Positions 18,388-26,530 of a stretch of DNA of 37,065 nucleotides are shown piece by piece. The notes under the pieces were generated by a model, which saw only the letters and a list, made by a program, of their open reading frames with translations, was not told the origin of the DNA and did no database searches. Position numbers and translations under genes: made by a program. Origin of the DNA: a virus (Duplodnaviria; Caudoviricetes); IMG/VR virus record IMGVR_UViG_3300020042_006894, positions 1 to 37,065 of that record, one strand, 5' to 3'. The stretch's first letter is position 1. Each line of letters begins with the position of its first letter.

Positions 18388-18888
18388 TTACATAAATTTA
18401 GAATCACTATTAAAGCGATTATAGTTTGAACTGTTACCAGTACGCAAACAACTATTAATATGTGTTCGTTCAACGGCTGCACTCCCTAGCACCGCAAACA
18501 GCACGTCCAAAGGTATCGAGAACTCTTGACGTATAGCGTGCGCTTTATAAATCATTGATAAATTTGCTAATTGGTCTAACAGCATCGCGCCGTTTAACAA
18601 CAAGCTAGTCCCAATGATAGCGCCATAAGCGAAATAAATCCTTGTGAAATTGTGATGGAAAGTTGATAAATATATGATAGAGACAAGCATCAAGCTATCT
18701 ATACTGCATTGGATGGCATAAGTGCCGTATGTTGTTTCTGCATCAGCTTGCACAAGGCTGGTTATATTGTACGGAGTTGCGATCAGGAAGGTTAAGTAAT
18801 AGGCGATAATTAGAAAGCAGAGGTTTAACCCTCTGCCACTAAAAAGCCATATTGCCGCAATGACAATTAAAGCTGCTTCGTTACTCAT
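18388..18888 (-). CDS. Multi-pass membrane protein
   Basis: About four hydrophobic segments; ATGA-coupled to the upstream peptide. Confidence 0.65.
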   Translation of the reverse strand: MSNEAALIVIAAIWLFSGRGLNLCFLIIAYYLTFLIATPYNITSLVQADAETTYGTYAIQCSIDSLMLVSIIYLSTFHHNFTRIYFAYGAIIGTSLLLNGAMLLDQLANLSMIYKAHAIRQEFSIPLDVLFAVLGSAAVERTHINSCLRTGNSSNYNRFNSDSKFM

Positions 18889-18956
18889 TTTTTAGCTGGC
18901 TTCTTGCCGTTTGAGTTAACTGGCTTGTCTTTCACTGGCGTACCTTGCTTTGGCAT
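18885..18956 (-). CDS. 23-aa Lys/Pro-rich peptide (not in ORF track)
   Basis: AAGGGG RBS; MPKQGTPVKDKPVNSNGKKPAKK; stop overlaps the next ATG. Confidence 0.55.
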   Translation of the reverse strand: MPKQGTPVKDKPVNSNGKKPAKK

Positions 18957-18981
18957 TGCTTACCCCTTAATAAGTTAAGTT

Positions 18982-19027
18982 ATCGCCGCGACTCATCCAT
19001 GAGAAGCTCCGGCGATTTAGTATAGCA
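18982..19027 (-). promoter_or_regulatory. Extended -10 promoter and leader hairpin with CsrA/RsmA-type site
   Basis: TGcTATACT (19027-19019); CUC-AUGGAU-GAG hairpin (19003-18992) inside an ATCGCCG/CGGCGAT stem. Confidence 0.5.
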
Positions 19028-19106
19028 TTTATTCAGCAGGCATACGCAATACTAAAGAACCACTTACATTTATAGCTTTGCGCTTACTTTTAGGAATTAC
19101 ACTTAC

Positions 19107-19133
19107 AAAAAACAAAACCAGCACAAGGCTGGT
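19107..19133 (-). terminator. Intrinsic terminator
   Basis: ACCAGC-cttgt-GCTGGT-TTTGTTTTTT. Confidence 0.8.
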
Positions 19134-19308
19134 CTGTTTGCTGCGGCTTCGGCATCGAGCAGCTACGACGGAAAGGTAGAAACCGTACTATGTGGACGGA
19201 AAGAACCTGCCTGCGACAATTTCAACAGAGAAGCTAAGGCGATTGGAGGAAGGCCAATCTAGTCTGTAACTCTGCATCGGCCATTAGTCGCCAAGCCTCG
19301 AGGTATGC
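19107..19308 (-). ncRNA. Candidate structured small RNA (~200 nt)
   Basis: No convincing ORF; upstream TTGCTA-17-TAATCT; nested stems; ends in a terminator. Confidence 0.55.
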
Positions 19309-19312
19309 AAAT

Positions 19313-19341
19313 AGATTAGCCTAATCAACAAAGTTTAGCAA
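19313..19341 (-). promoter_or_regulatory. Putative sigma70 promoter with overlapping palindrome
   Basis: TTGCTA (19341-19336)-17-TAATCT (19318-19313); GATTAG-C-CTAATC palindrome at 19314-19326. Confidence 0.45.
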
Positions 19342-19890
19342 CTATGGCCTTTCTTCCCATATAAGAGAAAATACGCCTGTCGCTGTGCCGCCATCTGCTG
19401 TAAGTCGCAAATAGTAATCACCCGCTGGCAATCCGCGCTCTGATGATGCAGTGAAGCCTACGCTCGCCTGCTGTGCTGTTGCGTTGGCTGACTTGACTCT
19501 TACAACTTCAGCAACTTGACCGCCTGACACTGTGCCGCCTGTGCTTATTGTTATTTGCCCCACGTATAATGGCTGCTCATCCATTCGATTCTTACCCCAT
19601 ACAGTAACCGGAGTATCAAAAGTTCCGATAGGCGTGCCACCGACAACAGCCTCGAAAATAACTATGTTTGCATCGCAGGTTATTACTTGCTCCCATAGGA
19701 TAAAGTTAACCGGACTGGAAAACTTAAATACCAATGATGCACCATGAGCAATTGAGTATTGCTGACTGATGCGAAACTCTCGGCGCTCAAAGAATCCTGT
19801 TTGGCCTATGTCTACTTTTAGTCTTGCTGTGTCCTTGCCTGATCCTGTCATAACTCCAGGTATGCCATTTGGAACGTATGGGTTTGACAT
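19342..19890 (-). CDS. Putative virion structural (head-associated) protein
   Basis: GGAG RBS; beta-rich; RLKVDIGQTGFF..REFR motif; downstream of the capsid gene. Confidence 0.6.
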   Translation of the reverse strand: MSNPYVPNGIPGVMTGSGKDTARLKVDIGQTGFFERREFRISQQYSIAHGASLVFKFSSPVNFILWEQVITCDANIVIFEAVVGGTPIGTFDTPVTVWGKNRMDEQPLYVGQITISTGGTVSGGQVAEVVRVKSANATAQQASVGFTASSERGLPAGDYYLRLTADGGTATGVFSLIWEERP

Positions 19891-19906
19891 TTTCACTACT
19901 CCATAT

Positions 19907-19935
19907 AAAGAAAAAGCCGCTTATTCTGCGGCTTT
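19907..19935 (-). terminator. Intrinsic terminator
   Basis: AAAGCCGC-agaataa-GCGGCTTT-TTCTTT. Confidence 0.75.
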
Positions 19936-20067
19936 CTTTTTAGCTTTTGGCTCTGGCTTTGGCTCTTCGGCTGGTTTGTAAAACTCATCAACAACCTTAA
20001 AGCCTTTTTTGTTTAGCGCTCGCTTTTCTTCAAGGCTAATTGGCATCGGTAGATAAACGATTTCCAT
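19921..20067 (-). CDS. Small post-capsid protein (48 aa, not in ORF track)
   Basis: GGAG RBS; MEIVYLPMPISLEEKRALNKKGFKVVDEFYKP...KKKAAE. Confidence 0.7.
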   Translation of the reverse strand: MEIVYLPMPISLEEKRALNKKGFKVVDEFYKPAEEPKPEPKAKKKAAE

Positions 20068-20077
20068 AACTTACTCC

Positions 20078-20103
20078 AAAAGTAAAGCGGAGCGAACTCC
20101 GCT
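20078..20103 (-). terminator. Terminator/stabilising hairpin after capsid gene
   Basis: AGCGGAG-TTCG-CTCCGCT-TTACTTTT. Confidence 0.7.
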
Positions 20104-20108
20104 GTTAG

Positions 20109-21080
20109 TTATGCTTTCGCTTCGTCACCGATAGTGACCACGCCAGCTGTCATCTTGATGTCGGTGGCAACTTTGTCCCAGTTGGTAGCAGTGCCAAGCT
20201 CTGCGTCAGTTGGCGACTTGCCGCCGTTTGACTCATCCCAGGTGTAGCCCTTCAAGCCTAAACCAAACGAATAATCGACTTGCATCGTTGTTTCGATGCG
20301 GTCTTTGCCGTTGTTGGTTTGAATGTTGCTGATAACGTCGCCTGCATCGTGAACAGTTGCAGCAGAGTCAACCAAAGACAGTGCGTAAACTTTGTTTGGA
20401 GTGCCTGCAACGCGCAATGCTGGTGCATCTGTAACAATCATGGCTTTGCCAAGGATGTCAACAACGCGAACGTTTTGAGCCTGGAACAGTTGCGGAGTGT
20501 TGGTTAGGTTGTCGCCGATCAACTTGTGATAGACAGCGCCAGAAACAACAGTTGCAACTAAATCGCCTGAGCGATCGCCAAACTTGGCGTGTGCGCCGTT
20601 CATGCTTGTATAGTTGATACCAGCAGTTGCAGACACGTCGTTAGTTGCAGAAGCTTGGCCTGCGATTGCAGCGCGTAACGCTAAGATGGCGCTGTTTAAC
20701 TGGTCAGCTAACAATGCTTCTGCAAAGTTGCGGCTTGCCACTTCGATACCGCGTGCAGTTGGCATGGTTAACCAAGTCATTTGCGAAGGCTCGAAGCGGA
20801 TTGGACCGAAACCGCCAGCGACTTTTACAGTGCTGTGCTTCAGTTGTGACAAGTCGGTAACTGATGGCGTGCCGTTGGCTGCGTAGCGATCAACGCGACG
20901 TTGTGCAGCGTGAATGCCAGCAAAGAAAGACTCTTGCAGGAAGTCACCAGTAAAGCCAGTTGTAGTTAAGCGAATCGCGCCGTTAGAAGCCGCGTTGAAT
21001 TTGTCGATCATCTGACCAAGCGTTTCAATTGTCGCTGGCATGATGTATTCGTTAAACACCTGCATTTGTGATAATGCCAT
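20109..21080 (-). CDS. Major capsid protein
   Basis: 323 aa; QMIDKFNAASNGAIRL...GLGLKGYTWD...NWDKVATDIKMTAGV resembles PA73/KL1-type siphovirus capsids; follows the scaffold gene. Confidence 0.92.
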   Translation of the reverse strand: MALSQMQVFNEYIMPATIETLGQMIDKFNAASNGAIRLTTTGFTGDFLQESFFAGIHAAQRRVDRYAANGTPSVTDLSQLKHSTVKVAGGFGPIRFEPSQMTWLTMPTARGIEVASRNFAEALLADQLNSAILALRAAIAGQASATNDVSATAGINYTSMNGAHAKFGDRSGDLVATVVSGAVYHKLIGDNLTNTPQLFQAQNVRVVDILGKAMIVTDAPALRVAGTPNKVYALSLVDSAATVHDAGDVISNIQTNNGKDRIETTMQVDYSFGLGLKGYTWDESNGGKSPTDAELGTATNWDKVATDIKMTAGVVTIGDEAKA

Positions 21081-21094
21081 GATGGTACTCTCCG

Positions 21095-21790
21095 TTAGTT
21101 GATTGGTAATTTAAACTTTTTAGCTAAAGCTGCTTCACGCTCTGAGCGTGAGCCGCCTAAATTGCCAACAGAAGAAGCACCGCCTGCACCTGTTGAGCCT
21201 TGAGCATTGCCACCGCCTTTGGTAACAACACCTGCTTTAAGCAGTGGTGCAAAGCTATCATCTTTCAACAACTCCGCTTTGAACCCTGCCAAATCTAACG
21301 ACGAGGCACCGCCATCATCATTTAAAAACGTTACTTTGCCCGTTTCTGGGTCAATGTCGATACGATCTGCAACTAGGCGCTTAAATGCCTTGCTGCCGCT
21401 ATCTGTTGCTAACTCGCTTGCTAAATCTGCTACAAGTGCAGAGCGCTTTTCGGTCTTGATGCTACCCATGAGGCGGTCAATGCGCTCTTGCGCTTGCTTC
21501 GCTGTCTCACCATGTCGGCGCTCAAGGTCGGCAATGATCTCATCTGTCTTGCCTTCAGCCTTCAACTTCTCAAGTGCCTTGCGCTCTGCTTCAGCCAGCT
21601 TTTCTGCTTGCTGCTTTTCAAATTCTGATAAACGGCTTTTGACCGTCTTGTTTTCTTCTTTGACGTTAAACGCTAGTTGTTTTAGCGCTAGGCTGTCTTT
21701 GTCTTGATAGCCTTTTTTACCGTCAATCTCTACTTCTACGAACTGATCGCGCCAATCTTCTGGCACTTTTTCTAATGATTCAACAAACAT
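21095..21790 (-). CDS. Capsid scaffolding protein
   Basis: Charged coiled coil with a Gly-rich tail, between portal and capsid genes; ATG 21790. Confidence 0.85.
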   Translation of the reverse strand: MFVESLEKVPEDWRDQFVEVEIDGKKGYQDKDSLALKQLAFNVKEENKTVKSRLSEFEKQQAEKLAEAERKALEKLKAEGKTDEIIADLERRHGETAKQAQERIDRLMGSIKTEKRSALVADLASELATDSGSKAFKRLVADRIDIDPETGKVTFLNDDGGASSLDLAGFKAELLKDDSFAPLLKAGVVTKGGGNAQGSTGAGGASSVGNLGGSRSEREAALAKKFKLPIN

Positions 21791-21793
21791 TGT

Positions 21794-21825
21794 AGGCACC
21801 GCCTCTAGTTATGACGCACCGCGTC
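21794..21825 (-). promoter_or_regulatory. Tandem GCGGTGC hairpin element (scaffold leader)
   Basis: GACGC-GGT-GCGTC and AGGC-GGT-GCCT; cores 20 nt apart; 5 nt to ATG. Confidence 0.7.
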
Positions 21826-21851
21826 GCTTTAGTGATTTTATACCTGTCTTA

Positions 21852-23306
21852 CTAAACCGTCAAATCATCGCCACTATCAATGGCATTTAGCACCGCTTCG
21901 CCATCATCCATTGACCAACCGCCTTCAGCTAGTTCGCGGATTGCCAGCGACTTAGGCTTTAAGCCATTATTAAACAAGTCTTGAATAGTGCGCACTTCTT
22001 CAACAGATAACTTCGATTTTGCAAACGTGCGAGGCAGGCTGATAACAACTTGATCCATGTTCTGCTCGATGGCATCAGCACTCCATAAACCCTCAAACAT
22101 GCCGCAGTATAAAATTGCTTTCTGATATGCAGACTCTAAGCCTTGAGCCAATGCAACCAAGCGAGCGTTATTCTCTGCTGCGGCAATCTCTGCCTCTGTC
22201 GCTGTTGCGGCTTTCACGTCGCCCTGTAGCACTGCGCCCATCTGACGAGCTTCTTGTGTGTTGCGCTCAAAGTAGCTTTCATACGGTTGAACTGATGTTT
22301 CACATCCAATCACTTCAACTGTGCAGCCTTCTGGTAACGTGTTGCGACTGCCTGAACCTGTCTCGATGTAGCCGCGTCCGTTTGCCGCTTCAAATTGTTC
22401 AATAAAGTTACTACGCGCACCAAAAACATAAGTAGTTGGCGGCAAGTTGCGAATAGTCTCTTTGTATTCAGCACTCATGCGATAGCGAGCAAGTGCTAAG
22501 TCGCAAATTGGACTGATAAAGCCCATTTGTTTTGGCAATGCGCCTGCTTTGATTTCTTCGTCAGATGCGAATGTCACTGGCAACCAGGTTAATGGCGAGC
22601 CGCTAACGGTCATGTAACTACGCTCACCTTCAACAAGTCCAGCCAAACGCTTTACAATCTTTTGCTGATAGTAAAAACCATCATCATCAAGCGCTAAGAT
22701 TAAATATGACTCGATGACTGTGTGCTTTGCTGTGTCTGGTTCAAACTCTGTGCCGTCTTCGCGTAGCATAATATAAGTCAACTGCATAGCGCCATTAATG
22801 CGGCTAAAGTGCCAGTTAACTACCTTGTCGCGGTTGTATGCTTTGATTGTGGCGCGAGGATTAGCGCGTTTAACATCTTCGATTGATACGTCAGTCAAAT
22901 CTACTTCAGACAATCCAAGGTAATCAGACACAAGCACTTGCCATTTGATCGGCATTAGCTCTGACGCTGTTTGCTCAATCATGCCTGTCAAACTGGTACC
23001 GTCATTGTCGGCAGACTCTAGCAGGTAGCTTAAGCGCTCAGGAATTTGTATATCCGCTTCTTTGATCTTCATCCGGCCAAGCAAGCTCGCTAACGTCTGA
23101 CCGCCATAGTTTTGGTACTCAGCGTTTGAAATGTAAATCGCATAACGATTCTTTGCATCAACAGTTGTCTTGTCGCCGTCGCTCGGATGCGGCAACAAAT
23201 CATACTGGGCTTGTTTAACAAAGAACTCACCAGCTAAGGCGATTCTTGTTTCTTCAATCTTCGGCAACATCAGCGCCGCTTCGGTGTGTAATGTGATCTG
23301 CTGCAT
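21852..23306 (-). CDS. Portal protein (DUF4055-like)
   Basis: 484 aa in the head module; RYAIYISNAEY, ADNDGTSL and ATATEAEIAAA motifs. Confidence 0.85.
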   Translation of the reverse strand: MQQITLHTEAALMLPKIEETRIALAGEFFVKQAQYDLLPHPSDGDKTTVDAKNRYAIYISNAEYQNYGGQTLASLLGRMKIKEADIQIPERLSYLLESADNDGTSLTGMIEQTASELMPIKWQVLVSDYLGLSEVDLTDVSIEDVKRANPRATIKAYNRDKVVNWHFSRINGAMQLTYIMLREDGTEFEPDTAKHTVIESYLILALDDDGFYYQQKIVKRLAGLVEGERSYMTVSGSPLTWLPVTFASDEEIKAGALPKQMGFISPICDLALARYRMSAEYKETIRNLPPTTYVFGARSNFIEQFEAANGRGYIETGSGSRNTLPEGCTVEVIGCETSVQPYESYFERNTQEARQMGAVLQGDVKAATATEAEIAAAENNARLVALAQGLESAYQKAILYCGMFEGLWSADAIEQNMDQVVISLPRTFAKSKLSVEEVRTIQDLFNNGLKPKSLAIRELAEGGWSMDDGEAVLNAIDSGDDLTV

Positions 23307-23339
23307 GTTGCGCCCTTAATCGTTTTTAATAGTTTACTT

Positions 23340-24437
23340 CTAAATGCCAATCTTAGCAAAAGCCTTGCTGTCTCGCTCGCGTAACTGCTCTAAGGTTAAC
23401 GGATTGCCAAAGGTATCTGTCATGCTTTCAATCTTCAATCCGCCGTCAAGGAATAGCTCTGCGCGAGTCTTGCCGAGTGAATCAATAACAAACTCTCTCG
23501 ACTGCTGCCTTAACCATGTGTCCGGCGAAATATCAGCAGGCACTTGCTCAATCTTGAAAGTGCCTAAGTCTTTACGTCCTTTGTAGGTCGGCTTCTTGTC
23601 TGCATCTTCAGGATAGTCAGCGCCGGATCCAATAGCCGGAGCCATGCCGATTGGCTTGTTCTGACCTTCTAGCAGATAGACATAACTTGAGCGGCAACGG
23701 AAATGCCTAGGCAGCCTAACATAGCTGTCATCTTCTAGCTGCCATGTGCGACCATGTAAAGAGCGGCAACCAAGTGATGTGCGATTGTCGAGCATTGCAA
23801 GAAAGTAACGCTTGTCGATTATATCGCGGTTATCAACTGCCATTGCCTCTCGTGCGCTTTGTGCGTAGTGCATGACGCCTGTGCGAGCCAACGCTTCAGC
23901 TTGTTGCTTAGCTAGCCCTTCGTTGAAAGTCTTGAGTGACTTAGTTATTTGCTGAACCGTTGCGCCGCGAGTGTAGCCAATCTTCACAAGGCTGTTGTAC
24001 TGCTGTGCGTATTCTTGCGTTGCAGTGTTCACAAACTCAGCCCATGCGCCAACCTTTGCGCGTTCTCCTTCACCAAGCGCCATTAAAGCTGCGTTGACAT
24101 AATCAATAACGCTTTTACTTCCCGGGATAGCTAACTCAACATCATTCCACTTGCCGATAAGCTCTGCATAATAGCTCGATTCGTAAACCGCCAGCGATTG
24201 CAGCTCTTTAGTTGCCTCTTGCCATCCTGCCGAGTAAATCTCTGTGACTGACTTGCTGATAGCTTTCGTTATCCGGTTAAGCTGCGCTGCGCTCTTGATT
24301 TCCTCTTGAGCTAACAGGATTTCGCGCACTGATTTGTAAGCCTCAGCGAGCGACGGGTATACGTTAGTTTTGAGCAAGCCAGTTGCCACTCGTTGCAGCA
24401 TTGCTTCATGTCGTAGTTGATCAGCGGTTATACTCAT
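23340..24437 (-). CDS. Head morphogenesis protein (Mu gpF/SPP1 gp7-like)
   Basis: AEALARTG...AMLDNRTSLGCRSLHG...PRHFRCRS signature. Confidence 0.9.
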   Translation of the reverse strand: MSITADQLRHEAMLQRVATGLLKTNVYPSLAEAYKSVREILLAQEEIKSAAQLNRITKAISKSVTEIYSAGWQEATKELQSLAVYESSYYAELIGKWNDVELAIPGSKSVIDYVNAALMALGEGERAKVGAWAEFVNTATQEYAQQYNSLVKIGYTRGATVQQITKSLKTFNEGLAKQQAEALARTGVMHYAQSAREAMAVDNRDIIDKRYFLAMLDNRTSLGCRSLHGRTWQLEDDSYVRLPRHFRCRSSYVYLLEGQNKPIGMAPAIGSGADYPEDADKKPTYKGRKDLGTFKIEQVPADISPDTWLRQQSREFVIDSLGKTRAELFLDGGLKIESMTDTFGNPLTLEQLRERDSKAFAKIGI

Positions 24438-24603
24438 CGATTAAATCTCTCAATGCTGTAGCTAGTATTTGAAGCATTATGGCTTTATCACCGTTATAAG
24501 GCAAACCCTGAGCCATTCGGCGTATATCAGTCAGGCATAAAACGTGAACAGCTTCAGCAGTTGCTACGACAATGTGTGGTTGATGCTCTGACAGGTTCGT
24601 CAT
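24421..24603 (-). CDS. Small hypothetical protein
   Basis: ATGA-coupled to terL; overlaps the gpF start. Confidence 0.55.
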   Translation of the reverse strand: MTNLSEHQPHIVVATAEAVHVLCLTDIRRMAQGLPYNGDKAIMLQILATALRDLIDEYNR

Positions 24604-25850
24604 CTGCGGCCCCATGCTAGCGGTGCTGTGATTGGTCTAACAATCGGCATCAGATAGCAAACAGGATAGCCAAAGGCATCAGATTGATGGTCAAGCCCGC
24701 CTTTCTTGTCTGGTTCTCCGTTGTTGTCGTATGGCTGCTGCTCGATGCACTTTGCCGACTCCGGACAAGCTGCGGCATTAATCCATAATCGCCCTTCTTC
24801 AAAGGCTTTGTTCACAGATATAACCCTGTCTTTAACTCTTGGGTTTGAATCGTGCGCGATAACTGAGAACTTAGCATTCTCAAGCAATCCAATATCAGAC
24901 AAGGAAGCGCCTTTACTGCTCGTGTTTTTGCCGCTTGCGTCAGGATAGATAGATATTCTATGACCTTGAGACTGCCAGCGCTCTTGGATTAGTTTAATCA
25001 TGTAAGGTGTATCTTGACCGCCGCTAATCTCTGCGACTTGGTGCATACCTGTTGGACGCTGCACAAATACGCAAGCAGCCATCTTGCCAACGTTAAAATC
25101 CATGCCGATGATTAAGTGATCATGCGGTTGAATAACTTCGTGAGAATTGCATCGCTGACGATTATATGACGGGTAAACGCTACCGGATGTAAGGTTAACA
25201 AACCGCCCTCGCAAATAGGCTTGAATTAAGCCTGCTGGATAAGTCTCTAGCAGCGTATCAATGTAATCCGGTGGCAGATAGTCGGCATTCTCATAAGTCG
25301 AAGCCTGCACCATTGAGTAGCTTTGTGTTGGATTCTCTTTAAACTTGCTGTAAACGAATAAGAACCCTTCCGGCGTAGTTGTAACGCCTATTCCGTTTTC
25401 AACGCCTGGAATAACCAAGCGCAAACGCGCCACGATTTTATTCCATGCAAGAGTAGCTTTGTTTTTTGGCAATGTGTCGATTTCATCAACCAGCGCCCGC
25501 GCAATCTTAAAGCCTACGATTGATGCAGGATTATCCATTGACCGACAAATTACAGTCCCGTAATAAACGCGCCCTCGATAGATGTGAACCTCTTTGTGGC
25601 TCTCGATAATGTCAACGCGAAAGCCCATCATTTCTGCGGCTTCGGTGAATGTCGGATAGAAAATATCCCTTATCGAAGGGTAAGAAGTGCCAAAATAGCC
25701 CTGCACAGTCTTTGGGTTCTGGCTTGCAAATATCAGCAAATCCAAGCAGCCAACAAAGGTCTTGCCAGAACCAAATCCGCCAACGTAAGCGCGATATTTG
25801 GTATTCAAGCCATTAAGGAAGATGTTCTGCGGAGCGCTAAGACTTAGCAT
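24600..25850 (-). CDS. terL: Terminase large subunit
   Basis: Walker A GGFGSGKT, Walker B ALVDE, TTTPEG coupling motif, nuclease GMDFN and DHQSDA. Confidence 0.95.
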   Translation of the reverse strand: MLSLSAPQNIFLNGLNTKYRAYVGGFGSGKTFVGCLDLLIFASQNPKTVQGYFGTSYPSIRDIFYPTFTEAAEMMGFRVDIIESHKEVHIYRGRVYYGTVICRSMDNPASIVGFKIARALVDEIDTLPKNKATLAWNKIVARLRLVIPGVENGIGVTTTPEGFLFVYSKFKENPTQSYSMVQASTYENADYLPPDYIDTLLETYPAGLIQAYLRGRFVNLTSGSVYPSYNRQRCNSHEVIQPHDHLIIGMDFNVGKMAACVFVQRPTGMHQVAEISGGQDTPYMIKLIQERWQSQGHRISIYPDASGKNTSSKGASLSDIGLLENAKFSVIAHDSNPRVKDRVISVNKAFEEGRLWINAAACPESAKCIEQQPYDNNGEPDKKGGLDHQSDAFGYPVCYLMPIVRPITAPLAWGRR

Positions 25851-26238
25851 TCGTTATTTCTATGCTGTCTGCTGCATGTCTAACTTCAAAAGTGATCGCC
25901 AATGGCTGTGCTTTTGTTTCCTCATCTTCATCAGCCGGAGCTTTATCAGTCCACTTGAATCTGTTTGCAAAGTACAGCTTCACAAGTGGCGCGTTGACCT
26001 CTCTTGAAAGCATCATATCTTCCAACTTGGTTTCCCAAGCTGCTTGACTCCACTCTTGCGCCAGCGTTAATGCGTCCGAAAAATCTTGATGCTCTTGCGC
26101 CCACAGATAGACAGTTGACTTGCTAACTCGAAGCTCAAAAGCAAACTGAGTCACAGATTTACCTTGCACACCAACAAACTCTAAAGCTCGTTCGATGTAC
26201 TCAGGTTTGTATTTAGATGGTCGCCCTAACTCGCTCAT
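25837..26238 (-). CDS. terS: Terminase small subunit
   Basis: GRPSKY, HTH (FAFELRVSKSTVYLW), ANRFKWTDK; directly upstream of terL. Confidence 0.9.
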   Translation of the reverse strand: MSELGRPSKYKPEYIERALEFVGVQGKSVTQFAFELRVSKSTVYLWAQEHQDFSDALTLAQEWSQAAWETKLEDMMLSREVNAPLVKLYFANRFKWTDKAPADEDEETKAQPLAITFEVRHAADSIEITNAKS

Positions 26239-26275
26239 ATCAAGCACCGCTTAATAAACACCAGCACCGCTGGCA
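26239..26275 (-). promoter_or_regulatory. Tandem GCGGTGC hairpin element (terS leader)
   Basis: CCAGC-GGT-GCTGG and ATTAAGC-GGT-GCTTGAT; cores 20 nt apart; 5 nt to ATG. Confidence 0.7.
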
Positions 26276-26294
26276 GATTGGTTGAGTATAGCGC

Positions 26295-26319
26295 AAAAGA
26301 AAGCCGCTATAAAGCGGCT
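26295..26319 (-). terminator. Intrinsic terminator at the early/late boundary
   Basis: AGCCGCT-ttat-AGCGGCT-TTCTTTT. Confidence 0.8.
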
Positions 26320-26530
26320 ATTTACTCAGCATCTTCATAAGCAGAATCGGCCACAACATCAAGCAGATTAGAAATATGCCAATATCAGCAAGAATTGAGC
26401 GGTCTAACTCTTCGTCATCAATTTTCATTTCATCAATAAGCATTTCTTTAATTGTCTTGCCGATAAAGCTAGTCTTTGCCCAATGATTGCACATTGCTGC
26501 GCCGATTAAATACATGATTGCGTATTGCAT
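26318..26530 (-). CDS. Small membrane protein
   Basis: Hydrophobic termini, LMLWPILL. Confidence 0.6.
   Translation of the reverse strand: MQYAIMYLIGAAMCNHWAKTSFIGKTIKEMLIDEMKIDDEELDRSILADIGIFLICLMLWPILLMKMLSK

Noticed and set aside
19189-19285. Short ORFs within the ncRNA region (MADAELQTRLAFLQSP on -, MWTERTCLRQFQQRS on +)
   Set aside because: Very short, weak RBS spacing and no recognisable features. Not excluded, but unsupported.
19140-19310. tRNA, hammerhead ribozyme or 6S RNA identity for the ncRNA candidate
   Set aside because: No cloverleaf with a T-loop, no CUGANGA/GAAA core, and no similarity to 6S that I could recognise.
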